A model generated the notes under the pieces. The model was given only the letters and a program-made list of their open reading frames with translations. It searched no databases and was not told the DNA's origin. Of a DNA stretch of 64,000 bases, positions 48,301-57,462 are shown one piece after another. The DNA lies in contig CBDFLV010000006.1 in the NCBI GenBank assembly GCA_965249245.1, positions 1,658,327 through 1,722,326 on the forward strand. Reading direction: 5' to 3'. Each line of letters begins with the position of its first letter. Position 1 is the first letter of the stretch. This stretch comes from Acidobacteriota bacterium (lineage in GTDB: Bacteria; Acidobacteriota; UBA6911; RPQK01; CBDAPI01). The position numbers and the translations under genes were made by a program.

Positions 48301-48670
48301 GTAGAGTTCGAGCCAAGGCCCGCGACATGCCGGGTGTGTCGGCTACCTCATGAAAATAGGAGAGCCGACCGGATTTGAGAGCATCGTTGACGGCTCGGGC
48401 ACAAAGGGCTTCCACAGCCAGACCGGTAACGGGCAGCACTCCCGCCTCCACCATTTCTGGAATGGCTATTTCGGAAGCCAGCCGCAGCAGGGTCTTTCGA
48501 CGGAAACTGGACACTCTGGATCGCAGGGCTCGCGGGGAACGAACGAAGTCGTCCGCACTGCCCGGAGTCGGTGCCACGATGAGTACTTCATGGGAGTCCA
48601 ATCCGGCCACCCATTTCCATGTTTCCTGGATGAGCGGCTCAAATGAGTTGGAGACAAGAAAGGACCGCAT
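45395..48670 (-). CDS. addB: AddB-like PD-(D/E)XK nuclease subunit with Fe-S staple cysteines
   Basis: YSPTSLQQYAVCPY, LRGSID, DHKTG, CKFCDFQSVC motifs; coupled to addA. Confidence 0.88.
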   Translation of the reverse strand: MRSFLVSNSFEPLIQETWKWVAGLDSHEVLIVAPTPGSADDFVRSPRALRSRVSSFRRKTLLRLASEIAIPEMVEAGVLPVTGLAVEALCARAVNDALKSGRLSYFHEVADTPGMSRALARTLLELRLQETDLASLEALGAAGRDLSGLGLRFESYLLDDGLADSCLTYQLALQNLEKRAALPAEIPILFYHLRPRHSLEARFVSALAEQAPQALAVTLDSDREGIELFSSLLRTTPRQVDQPDTVNRLARLRSYLFSASDPPRSTTEHDTTSFEFFSAPGESRESVEIARRIRLAADQGVRFDQMAVALRSPEGYLPLLEDAFRRAGIPAYFTRGTRRPDPAGRAFLALLECAAEGLSATRFAEYLSLAQIPPQSEDQEKARELEWVEPQDDQLCFKTFLPPADAEPAFALEPFSEDSRDAAGSLRAPERWERLLVDAAVIGGRDRWKRRLQGLESELRLQIREVASESARTRQHLQQKLFLLKNLKSFSLPLIGLLDRLPAETSWSRWLTRLEEISVRALKHPESVRSVLAELKPMGEIEPVGLDEVRRVLGERLTLLREDPPPNRYGQVTVASIAELWGRSFDLVFLPALAEGIFPRKALEDPLLLDRHRESLGISPVLTRRRAEERLLLRVAVATAVRRLVVSYPRIDVAQGRSRVPSFYALDILRAVNGVLPDLRGLEKLAAETSSSRLGWPAPMEPAAAIDDTEFDLALLHPMLRLGPRGRRGRAQFLLKSNPHLARALRARAGRWRRRFYPADGLVDPSPEVAEILQGERLRERSYSPTSLQQYAVCPYKFFLYAIQRLRVREEPVALQQLDPLTRGSLFHEVQFRFLSQLREEGLLPVTRESETASMDRLDSVFSDVSGSMKENLAPAIPRIWESEMEELLTDLRGWLREMSRGGEAWIPAHFELAFGLPEDPDRDPASTTRDVRILNGIRLRGSIDLVETIPANDKTAVRVTDHKTGRPLRLAGGQRLEVGGGEVLQPIIYGLAAEQLLDEEVEYGQLFYCTRRGEYQRRIVSINSGTCAKLKQVLETIDRNLEKAFLPAAPRHNACKFCDFQSVCGPYEEIRIRRKEESRLADLNELRRLP

Positions 48671-48770
48671 AAGTGGGACGAGCTTCAGTTCAAAGACTAG
48701 CGGGAACTTGGTGGGTTGTCGAGGGTGGGTTTCAGGTTCTGGGGGGAAGTACTAAACTGTAAATCTGTCT

Positions 48771-49043
48771 ATGTCAGGAATAAAGCGCTTGATCGTACCG
48801 GCCGTTTTCCTTCTCTTTGTCGGAATCGTCGTCTATTCCACTGTTCAGCTGAAAGTCGTCTCCTGCCACGTGTGTGTCAAATACCGGGAGCAGACTGAAT
48901 GCGCCTCGGCTTCGGGCACGACCTCCGAAGCAGCACGCGATGCGGCGGTCGGCGTGGCCTGTGCTCTGATCTCCTCGGGAGTAACGGAAAGCATCGCCTG
49001 TAGCAACAGCCCCCGGGTCCGGGAGGAATGCAGCAATGAGTGA
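48771..49043 (+). CDS. Small Cys-rich exported hypothetical protein
   Basis: N-terminal TM/signal segment followed by six Cys. Confidence 0.7.
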   Translation: MSGIKRLIVPAVFLLFVGIVVYSTVQLKVVSCHVCVKYREQTECASASGTTSEAARDAAVGVACALISSGVTESIACSNSPRVREECSNE

Positions 49044-49098
49044 TGATTCGAGACAAACGTGAGAAGGTCGGCGCAGTGAGCGCAGTGAACAAACCCGA

Positions 49099-49494
49099 TT
49101 ACTCGCCGGTGTGTGCGCCAGGAAAAGGCAGGCTGGCCTGTTCGCGTCTCTCGATCTCGTAACGCGTCAATTCCTTGACCACCTCGTCAATGAACTTCCA
49201 GGATTGTATTTTTCGGTTCGTATACTCACCGAGCAGGCGGTCAATATTCTCAAACCCGAACTTTGTATCGTCGCCAAATCGGGGCAGTCGGTTCCGCTCC
49301 TCCAGCAATTCGGCGACCCGCTCGTCAATCATGAGATCGAGCAGCGTGCGCAGCTGTTCCACCGAGGCGATCACGGTTTGGCTCAAACGAGAACCGTCCT
49401 GCGATAGTGAAATGGATCTTTCCTGTTTCTTTTTTTTGGTGGAGTCGCCACCGTTCTGTTGACCAGTCGGGGCGACTCCGGTATTAGAGGACAT
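49099..49494 (-). CDS. Hypothetical protein
   Basis: 131-aa ORF with natural helical composition; family not recognised. Confidence 0.65.
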   Translation of the reverse strand: MSSNTGVAPTGQQNGGDSTKKKKQERSISLSQDGSRLSQTVIASVEQLRTLLDLMIDERVAELLEERNRLPRFGDDTKFGFENIDRLLGEYTNRKIQSWKFIDEVVKELTRYEIERREQASLPFPGAHTGE

Positions 49495-49699
49495 TTTGCA
49501 TCCTCCCCCTTAGCGTCTCTGACTTGTTTCGCGCTTGGTCCACAATGGTAGTCGAGATCCAGGGCAGTATTGGTGATTCTCGATACACGAGGGGAGAACG
49601 GTCCCGCGGAGGGTCCTCCCACACTGAGCGCGCCAACCTGGAACGATCCCCAAAGTCGACACGATCGTGGACCGCAGTCAGTCAGGGCACATCGTGGTC

Positions 49700-50620
49700 G
49701 ACCATATCGTCTTTTCCGATTCTTCCGAGCCGCCTCCAAGCGGGCGGCCGAATCGATTCCTGGTCAAAACTTCTGCGCGAGGCTCAGCCGGCGACTCTGG
49801 AAGAGGCGGCGCGACTCTACGACCATCTTTTTGAAGAACTGCGAAATCCGGGCTCCCCCGACCGGGACGAGAGGTGGTTGGCGCGCGCGGTCGTTCCGTT
49901 TCCCGTTCTCGACCAGCGCCCTCTCGACCTGGGTAAACCAGCCCTGGCACGAGTCCGGTCGCTGCAGTCTCTTCGGGCGGAAGTCTCAAAGAGGATGCCT
50001 CCTTCCATCTTTGCTCTCATGTCGATGGACGACCACGCAGGGAACATCCGGGTGCACATCCATGGACTGGATGAGCCTGACACCAGGGAATTCGGGCGCT
50101 CCTGCCTGGTGGCCAGGCGCCTGGTGCAAAGAGGTGTGCGCTTCGTGGAACTCCTGACCCCGGCCCGTGAAGCGGACCGATGGGATCAGCATTTTCGCCT
50201 CGAGGAGGGCCACCGACTCAATTCGCGGGCGGTCGACAAACCCCTGGCCGCGTTGATCAAAGATCTGAAGGGACTGGGTATGCTGGATGAGACGATTGTG
50301 ATCTGGGGTGGAGAATTCGGCCGCACTCCCACCGCCCAGATCCCCGACGAGGGTATCGATCTGGCCGGACGAGACCACAACCCCCTTTCGGCTTCACCAT
50401 GTGGGTGGCCGGCGGCGGCTTCAAGAAGGGTCTGATCTACGGTTCCACAGACGAATACGGCTACTACGCAATCGAAAATAAGGTTCATGTTCACGATCTT
50501 CACGCCACCATTCTCCACCTGCTGGGCTTGAACCACAAGAAACTCACTTTCAAGTTCGGGGGGAGGGAGATGCGTCTGACAGATGTTCACGGGCGGGTTG
50601 TTGGGGACCTCATTGCCTAG
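49700..50620 (+). pseudogene. DUF1553-like fragment fused to DUF1501 C-terminal half, with frameshift (left boundary approximate)
   Basis: ...MSMDDHAGNIRVHI|HGLDEPDTREFGRSCLVARRLVQRGVRF...WGGEFGRTP...RDHNP; frameshift at ~50381-50390; continues MWVAGGG...[12 protein letters not shown]. Confidence 0.75.
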
Positions 50621-50785
50621 TGCAGCCCGCCATAAGTCTTGACCCAGGTTCAGACGCTCCTCCTCGCCGCTGGCGTTGTTGCGCTCGCTCGCCGTATGGC
50701 ATGATATGACTCGCTCCCGACGCCTAGCCAGCGACGACGATTGACGTGCTGACCCTGGATCAAAACTTCTGGCGAGATGCACTAG
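50617..50785. mobile_element. CTAG-flanked MITE A (169 bp)
   Basis: ~31-bp imperfect TIR TAGTGCAGCCCGCCATAAGTCTTGACCCAGG versus reverse complement TAGTGCATCTCGCCAGAAGTTTTGATCCAGG; CTAG at both ends. Confidence 0.8.
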
Positions 50786-50830
50786 TCCCAAAATAAGTAC
50801 ATGGGGTGTATACCCAGAGGTGGAAAAAAG

Positions 50831-52494
50831 CCTGAAACGCCAGTCCTGACGGGTATTCTGAGGTTCAGAAAAAGACCCAGAACAATCCCAAGAGGAGGCG
50901 TTTCAGGTGAATAGAAAGCATATCGAGATTATCAACAAACGCCAAGAGGAAATAGAGCGAAGGCTGGATCGAAGTTGGCGGCCTAAGAGTGGGGGACGGG
51001 TGCTGAGAGGAGGCAATATTGTCTACGACGTCTCGAGCCGTATGGGAGGGGTGAGTAGTGGAGGTCTGGGGCTGATTGTTCAGTTGGTCAAGCGCTTGAG
51101 GGTGGCGGAGAGGATCGACGAACGTGTGCGAGTGTTGAAGCGGCACCTTCCCTACCGGGAGTCGGACCACGTCTTGAATCTGATCTACAACGTGATGAGT
51201 GGGGGAGTGTGCCTGCAGGATGTAAAGTCACGGCGCGAGGATGTCAGCTATCTGGAGAGTGTAGGAGCGCGCAAGATCCCGGCACCGAGTACGGAAGGGG
51301 ACTTTCTCAGGCGTTTCAAGCAAGAGGATGTCTTGGCCCTGCAAGAAGCCTTCAACGAAAGCCGTCTGCAGGTGTGGCAAAGCCAAGCAGCGGAGATGGG
51401 CAAGCGAGCCACGATCGACGTGGACGGCACGACGGCCGAGACCACGGGGTGTTGCAAGGAAGGGATGGATCTCAACTACAAGGGACAATGGGGGTATGGA
51501 CCCTTGGTGGTGAGTCTGGCCGAAACCAACGAGGTCTTGTACACGTTCAATCGGCCGGCCAGCCGACCGTCGCACGAAGGAGCGGTGGCGTGGATCGATC
51601 GAGCCGTGAAACTGGTCAGAAGAGGCGGCTTTGAGCAAGTGAGATTGCGGGGAGACACGGACTTTTCCCTGACCCGCAACTTCGATCGTTGGAGCGAGGA
51701 GGGTGTGGAGTTTGTGTTCGGGATCGAGGCCAATCGGAGCTTCGTCAGAGAGGCCGACAAGATTGGCGAAGCACAGTGGCAAAAGCTCGAGCGCAAGCGG
51801 AAAGTGGTGAACTCCAGCCGTCAGCGTCCAGAGAACGTCAAGCAGAAAGTGGTGCGAGAGCGGGGCTACAAAAACCTGAACTTGTTGAGTGAGCATGTGA
51901 CGGAGATCGAGTACCGACCGGCCCGAGCTAAAGGCACCTACCGAATGATCATCCTGCGCAAGAGGATCGAGGTCGAAAAGGGTCAAAAGCGGCTGTTTGA
52001 TCAGCAGCGCTATCTGTTCTATGTCACGAACGTGCCGGTCAAGGAACTGTCGACACAACAGGTGGTTTTGGAAAGCAACGGGCGCTGCAATCAGGAAAAC
52101 GTGATCGAGCAGCTCAAGAACGGCGTTCAGGCTCTGCGCATGCCGGCCGATACCCTGGTCGCAAACTGGACTTACCTGGTGATTGCCGCCCAAGCCTGGA
52201 ACCTCAAGGTTTGGCTGGGCCTGCTTTTGCCTGCAAGACTGGGGGCCCGACGCCTGATCCGGATGGAGTTCCGGCGCTTTGTCACCTGTGTGATCGGACT
52301 GCCTTGCCAGATCGTGACAACGGGACGGCGTTTATTGTATCGACTGCTCACTGTTAACGATTGGACCCGTTTGTTGATCGAGGGGAATCTGTGGCTGAAA
52401 CACCAGCAATTTGGCTGACGAATCGCAAGCCGCTTCGACAAGACGACAAATGGAGCCGATCGGGGAGGGGTCTGTCTGAAAACCGACTTTCAGG
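50831..52494 (+). mobile_element. IS1380-family element (ends approximate)
   Basis: CCTGAAA...TTTCAGG termini; no TSD recognised. Confidence 0.75.
50907..52418 (+). CDS. IS1380-family transposase
   Basis: IDVDGT, YGPLVVS, RGDTDF, GRCNQENVIEQLKNG motifs. Confidence 0.9.
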   Translation: MNRKHIEIINKRQEEIERRLDRSWRPKSGGRVLRGGNIVYDVSSRMGGVSSGGLGLIVQLVKRLRVAERIDERVRVLKRHLPYRESDHVLNLIYNVMSGGVCLQDVKSRREDVSYLESVGARKIPAPSTEGDFLRRFKQEDVLALQEAFNESRLQVWQSQAAEMGKRATIDVDGTTAETTGCCKEGMDLNYKGQWGYGPLVVSLAETNEVLYTFNRPASRPSHEGAVAWIDRAVKLVRRGGFEQVRLRGDTDFSLTRNFDRWSEEGVEFVFGIEANRSFVREADKIGEAQWQKLERKRKVVNSSRQRPENVKQKVVRERGYKNLNLLSEHVTEIEYRPARAKGTYRMIILRKRIEVEKGQKRLFDQQRYLFYVTNVPVKELSTQQVVLESNGRCNQENVIEQLKNGVQALRMPADTLVANWTYLVIAAQAWNLKVWLGLLLPARLGARRLIRMEFRRFVTCVIGLPCQIVTTGRRLLYRLLTVNDWTRLLIEGNLWLKHQQFG

Positions 52495-52696
52495 GCCATT
52501 GTCAACGCGTCGTGGCGGCCTGAGGTCAACCAAACTGCTTCCCGGCACAGCCGGAGTCCGGCGCAAGTCTGATTGAACCTCAAATGAGCAACCGATCTTG
52601 GCAAAACGAGTCGCTACAGTAGATGATGTGCAAACACGCTTATTTTGGGACTAGTGTGCCGTGGTGGGTGAAGGTCGCGCGCCAGGGAGACGAGGG

Positions 52697-53710
52697 ATGA
52701 AACGACAACTTTTGAGGCTCACAGTCCTCGTTTTGCTGATAGCGGGAATGGGATGCGGTGGAAAGCCCCGGGATTCCGGGAAACCCAGAATCGCTTATGT
52801 GACCAACGGTGTTGCGTCTTTCTGGACCATCGCCCGAACTGGTGCCCATCACGCCGGCCGAGACTTGGGGGCTGATGTCTCCGTTCACATGCCGGCTGAG
52901 GGGATCAGCGATCAGAAGCGAATCGTGCAGGATTTGCTGACGGTGGGTGTGGATGGGATCGCGATCAGTCCCATTGATCCCGCCAATCAGGCCGATCTGA
53001 TCAACGAAGCAGCCCGGGATACCCTGGTGATTACACACGACTCGGATGCGCCTGGCACCCAGCGGCTTTGCTACATCGGCATGGACAACTACCAGGCCGG
53101 GCGGCTGTGCGGCCAGCTCGTTCAGGAAGCCATTCCAGAGGGCGGAAAAATCGTGCTCCTGATCGGCCGTCTCGAGCAGGACAACGCCCGCCGTCGCAGA
53201 CAGGGGGTTATCGACGAGATCCTGGGCCGCTCATTTGACCCCACGCGGTATGATTCTACCGGTCAGGTTCTGGAGAATGAGAAATACAGCATCGTCGGAA
53301 CTCTGACCGATCAGTTCGACCGGTCCAAAGCAAAAGCCAATGCTGAAGATTCCATGTCCCGGTTTCCGGATCTGGCAGCCATGGTGGGTCTGTTTGCCTA
53401 CAATCCACCGGCCATTCTGGAAGCGGTGCGCCAGGCGGGCCGGGCCGGTAGAATCATGATCGTGGGTTTCGACGAAGATAATCAGACTCTGCAGGCCATT
53501 CAGGAGGGAGACATCTACGGAACCGTCGTGCAGGATCCCTACCGGTACGGCTATGAGTCTGTGCGAGTTCTGGCGGCCCTGGTGAGGGGAGATCGATCGG
53601 CCATTCCGGCCGGGGAGTTCCTGGACATCCCGGCCCGGCAAATCCGTCGCGATAACGTCACCGAATTCTGGGCCGACCTCAAGTCGAAGCTCTCTTCGTC
53701 TACTCGCTGA
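52697..53710 (+). CDS. Sugar ABC transporter substrate-binding lipoprotein (RbsB-like)
   Basis: Lipobox-like AGMGC; [32 protein letters not shown] motifs. Confidence 0.9.
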   Translation: MKRQLLRLTVLVLLIAGMGCGGKPRDSGKPRIAYVTNGVASFWTIARTGAHHAGRDLGADVSVHMPAEGISDQKRIVQDLLTVGVDGIAISPIDPANQADLINEAARDTLVITHDSDAPGTQRLCYIGMDNYQAGRLCGQLVQEAIPEGGKIVLLIGRLEQDNARRRRQGVIDEILGRSFDPTRYDSTGQVLENEKYSIVGTLTDQFDRSKAKANAEDSMSRFPDLAAMVGLFAYNPPAILEAVRQAGRAGRIMIVGFDEDNQTLQAIQEGDIYGTVVQDPYRYGYESVRVLAALVRGDRSAIPAGEFLDIPARQIRRDNVTEFWADLKSKLSSSTR

Positions 53711-53731
53711 ATCTCTTTTTCGAGACCCTCC

Positions 53732-55243
53732 ATGGTTGAGACTGCCAGCTCCCCAATCGAACCGGTCCTGGCCGTTCAGGGGGTGTCCAAGAGCTTCTCC
53801 GGGGTGCAGGCATTGGCGGATGTCGATCTGACCCTGCGGCGGGGAGAGCGCCTTGCGGTTATCGGCGAAAACGGGGCCGGGAAGAGCACCCTGATGAAGA
53901 TCCTGGCCGGTGTGCTGCCCTTGGACCGCGGTCGGATCCTGCTGCGAGGTCTGCCCATCGAGATTCGGTCCGTGAAAGACGCCCTCGCGCATGGCATTGC
54001 GCTGATTCATCAGGAGCTCAATCTGGCTCCCAATCTGGATCTGGGAGCGAATATCTTTCTGGGCCGTGAGCCTCGGAAGCGACTGCTGATTGAGCGGAGT
54101 CGGATCCGCCGGAAATCGGTCCGTTACCTGGGGATGGTAGGGCTCGACCTTCCTCCGGGTCGCCTCGTCAGCTCGTTGTCGATCGGTCAGCAGCAACTCG
54201 TGGAAATCGCAAAGGCCCTGGCCGTTGACGCGCGAATTCTGATCATGGATGAGCCGACCTCCAGCCTTAGCCGGCATGAGACGCTCCGGCTCTTTGAAGT
54301 CATTGGAGATTTAAAGGATCGAGGAGTCAGCGTCATCTACATCTCACACCGTCTGGGAGAGGTGAAGGATCTGGCCGACCGGGTCGAGGTTTTGAGGAAT
54401 GGAGAGAACGCCGGTGGGCTGGATCGGGAGGAGATCAGCCACAACCGTATGGTCAGACTCATGGTGGGCCGGGATATCTCTCAGTTCTATCACCATCTGG
54501 ACCGGCAGCCGGGCCCGACCCTACTTGAGGTCGAGGGAATGTGTACCGGGGCCTATCCGAAGAACCCGCTTTCTTTTCACGTCAGGGGAGGTGAGATTGT
54601 CGGTGTTGCCGGGCTGGTAGGAGCCGGCAGAACGGCAGTCCTGCAGACACTCTTCGGGATTATGCCTCCCCTCTCGGGCCGGATCGAGGTGTCGGGCAAG
54701 CCACTGAGACCGGGCCGGCCTCTGGAGGCGATCCGGGCCGGAATCGCACTGGTGCCGGAGGATAGAAAACAGCTCGCGCTCATTCTCGACATGGCTCTGC
54801 GGGTCAATTTGAGTCTGGTGCGTCTCAGGCGGGACCAGCGATTTGGGTTTCTGGATATGGGGAGGGAGGCCGATCTGGTCGATCGGACAATCCGGCGTCT
54901 GAGCATCCAGTGTCAGGGCTCCGAGCAGCCCGTGAAATACCTGTCCGGGGGAAACCAGCAAAAGGTCGTTCTGGGCCGATGGCTGGCCATGGATCCCTCG
55001 GTGCTGCTGCTGGACGAACCCACCCGGGGTGTCGACGTGGGATCCAAAGAAGAGATCTACAGACTGATCGAACAACTGGCGGCTCGCGGCGTGGCGGTTC
55101 TTTTCGTTTCCAGTGAAATGGAAGAAGTTCTGGGGTTGTCCGATCGCGTCCTGGTGATGCACCAGGGCAGCATCACTGGAGAACTGTCCCGGGATGAATT
55201 GAGTGAAAAAAGAATTATGGAAATGGCCACAAGCACATCATGA
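53732..55243 (+). CDS. Sugar ABC transporter ATP-binding protein (two ABC domains, RbsA-like)
   Basis: GENGAGKST, MDEPT, LSGGNQQK, LDEPTRGVDVG motifs. Confidence 0.93.
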   Translation: MVETASSPIEPVLAVQGVSKSFSGVQALADVDLTLRRGERLAVIGENGAGKSTLMKILAGVLPLDRGRILLRGLPIEIRSVKDALAHGIALIHQELNLAPNLDLGANIFLGREPRKRLLIERSRIRRKSVRYLGMVGLDLPPGRLVSSLSIGQQQLVEIAKALAVDARILIMDEPTSSLSRHETLRLFEVIGDLKDRGVSVIYISHRLGEVKDLADRVEVLRNGENAGGLDREEISHNRMVRLMVGRDISQFYHHLDRQPGPTLLEVEGMCTGAYPKNPLSFHVRGGEIVGVAGLVGAGRTAVLQTLFGIMPPLSGRIEVSGKPLRPGRPLEAIRAGIALVPEDRKQLALILDMALRVNLSLVRLRRDQRFGFLDMGREADLVDRTIRRLSIQCQGSEQPVKYLSGGNQQKVVLGRWLAMDPSVLLLDEPTRGVDVGSKEEIYRLIEQLAARGVAVLFVSSEMEEVLGLSDRVLVMHQGSITGELSRDELSEKRIMEMATSTS

Positions 55244-56238
55244 AAAAGATCTTTGGAATTCTGGGGCTGCTTGTCGCCATCTGCGTCCTCACGGCGCTGC
55301 TGAGCGATCGTTTCCTGACTGCCTACAACATCGAGAACCTGATTCGCCGCAGCTCCCTGTTTGGAATTATCAGTATCGGTGCGGCCTTTGTCATCATCAC
55401 AGCCGGGATCGACCTGTCGATCGGCTCGGTGGTGTGTCTCACGGGAGTTCTCCTTCCCTTTCTGCTCACCGAGCACGGCCTTCCGTTACCTCTGGCTCTT
55501 CTCGTGGTCCTGGGTCTCCCTCTCCTGCTTGGGACCGCACATGGACTCCTGATCACGCGTCTCAAGCTGCAGCCCTTTGTGGTGACTCTGTGCGGACTGC
55601 TTTTTTACCGAGGTCTGGCCCGGGGGATCACCTCGGATCAAACCCAGGGCTTCGGGAATGACTTCACCGTCCTCAGGACCCTGGCTACCGGGAAACTCCC
55701 ACTTCCTTTTGTGGATGGTTTTGCCATTCCCGCCCCCTTCCTGATTCTTTTGGTCGTGGCGGTGCTCGGCGCCATCTTCCTGAACAGAACCATCTACGGG
55801 AGGTATTTGCTGGCCCTGGGAGGGAATGAGGAAGCTGCCCGGTACAGCGGGATCAACACGAACAGAATGACCGTTCTGGCCTACGTGATCTGCAGTGGTT
55901 TGGGAGGCCTGGGAGGCCTGCTCTTTGTCCTGGACGTGAATTCCGCCCAGCCCGTAGATTTTGGGAGCTTCTATGAGCTCTATGCCATCGCCGCCGCAGT
56001 GCTGGGTGGATGCAGCCTGCGGGGAGGCGAAGGGACGATTCTGGGAGTGGTGATAGGAGCTTCCGTGATGCAGGTCCTGCGTAACTCGATCACGCTGCTG
56101 GGAGTACCCACCCAGCTGGAGTTCGCCATCATCGGTGCGGTGATCCTGGCCGGTGTGGTCGCGGACGAGGTGCTAAAGCGTGTGATTGCCGCCCGGAGAC
56201 AGGCAGTCAGTGCCGCAGCAAACCACCCCGCCGACTGA
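55240..56238 (+). CDS. Sugar ABC transporter permease (RbsC-like)
   Basis: GIDLSIGS, GGNEEAARYSG, YELYAIAAAVLGG motifs. Confidence 0.93.
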   Translation: MKKIFGILGLLVAICVLTALLSDRFLTAYNIENLIRRSSLFGIISIGAAFVIITAGIDLSIGSVVCLTGVLLPFLLTEHGLPLPLALLVVLGLPLLLGTAHGLLITRLKLQPFVVTLCGLLFYRGLARGITSDQTQGFGNDFTVLRTLATGKLPLPFVDGFAIPAPFLILLVVAVLGAIFLNRTIYGRYLLALGGNEEAARYSGINTNRMTVLAYVICSGLGGLGGLLFVLDVNSAQPVDFGSFYELYAIAAAVLGGCSLRGGEGTILGVVIGASVMQVLRNSITLLGVPTQLEFAIIGAVILAGVVADEVLKRVIAARRQAVSAAANHPAD

Positions 56239-56286
56239 TCCTACCGTTTCGTGCCCAAGGCGCGACCCTCGTGGTCGCCCAATCCC

Positions 56287-56842
56287 CCCGGGTTCAGTTG
56301 ATCCCCATCCCGGTCGGTGGATCGTGAAGCCGTGGAGCCCGAAAAGGTCCTGTGCGATCAGAAAAGGCAACTCTTCCTTGCTGGGCGGAAAGTGGGAGGT
56401 AGACTCAGGGCGACTCCCGGAGGGATTTAAACGGTCGCTGCCCTGAGTCTACCTCCCACTTTCAAGGCGTTTTCGGCCTGACACCCCTCCCCCTCCCGGA
56501 CCCTAACAGCTCAAAAGGTTTCAATGTGGAATCCGACCGTGAAGCTGCGACCGCCTGCGGGGGCGAACTGGAAATGCTCCCGGTAGAACTTGTCTCCCAG
56601 GTTCTCGAGAGCAAAGAACAGACCCCAGCGGCGGGATTCCCGGGTCCAGTTGATCCCGAACCCGGTCGGTGGATCGTGAAGCCGTGGAGCCCGAAAGGTC
56701 CTGTGCGATGGGAAAAGGCGACTCTTCCTAGCCGGGAGGAAAGTGGGAGGTAGACTCAGGGCGACTCCCGGAGGGATTTAAACGGTCGCTGCCCTGAGTC
56801 TACCTCCCACTTTCAAGGCGTTTTCGGCCTGACACCCCTCCC
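56287..56842. repeat. Two ~205-bp direct copies (56287-56491, 56639-56842), each with a 23-bp perfect palindromic stem
   Basis: AAAGTGGGAGGTAGACTCAGGGC ... GCCCTGAGTCTACCTCCCACTTT (56389-56462 and 56740-56813); offset 351-352 bp. Confidence 0.93.
56511..56725 (-). pseudogene. C-terminal remnant of a TonB-dependent-receptor-like outer-membrane protein
   Basis: GFTIHR (frameshift) GFGINWTRESRRWGLFFALENLGDKFYREHFQFAPAGGRSFTVGFHIETF*; terminal Phe and beta-strand pattern. Confidence 0.6.
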
Positions 56843-56852
56843 ACACTTGACC

Positions 56853-56954
56853 TCAGATTAGAGAGGCCTTGTCTTCCCAGAGTTGGCCGGCCAGGACCAG
56901 GCAGGTCAAAGAGAAAAGCGCTGTCGCAAAGAAGAATAAAGTTCTTTTCACCAT
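56853..56954 (-). pseudogene. Orphan signal-peptide stub (33 aa)
   Basis: AAGGAG RBS, then MVKRTLFFFATALFSLTCLVLAGQLWEDKASLI*, ending next to the palindrome. Confidence 0.5.
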
Positions 56955-57192
56955 GGATTCCAGCTCCTTAGTTCCACGTACTCCCTTTTGAAGTATCCAG
57001 TTATACGTCTGAGATTCCCTTTCCGTTACGGTCCCGTGGCAAGAAGCGGGGAACGTTCCACCTACTTTCAGATCACCCCCTTCCGGTGAAACGGATCCCC
57101 AACCGAAGGAGGGGAAATCCCGATTCTTCTCCGGTCTCTAACGCTCCCGGCTCCGTTTCAGCTTCCCTGTCAGACCAGCGGACTACGATCCC

Positions 57193-57248
57193 CAACCTTC
57201 AACCTTCAACCTTCAACCTTCAACCTTCAACCAGTAACCAGTAACCAC
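57193..57248. repeat. Eight in-phase heptamers: (CAACCTT)x5, CAACCAG, TAACCAG, TAACCAC
   Basis: Read directly. Confidence 0.95.
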
Positions 57249-57462
57249 GAGCGACAGCGAGCGCCGACCAGTTAGAAACAATCCAGGACAATCCGGGTAT
57301 TAACTAACTAGAACTCACGCATCCTCCTCACCGGTGGCCGTCCCTGGGCCACCGGTCCTTCCGGGGCAAGCCAATGTGTCGGCGGCTCAATGTGCATGCT
57401 CCGCCCTCCGAGCCTGTGTCTGCCGTGCTGGAGCGCGAATCAAACCTGAATCCTGGATCGAA

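Larger units (their letters stand above)
50782..52654. mobile_element. CTAG-flanked MITE B (~0.2 kb) with IS1380 inserted
   Basis: Perfect 16-bp TIR CTAGTCCCAAAATAAG (50782-50797) and CTTATTTTGGGACTAG (52639-52654). Confidence 0.75.

Noticed and set aside
57133-57183. Cobalamin-riboswitch-like 3' half on the minus strand (CCGCTGG...GGGAAG...GAGCCGGGAG)
   Set aside because: The 5' half (AGGGAA/GGTG/AATCC/GCAACTGT) is absent, replaced by heptamer repeats; probably coincidental.
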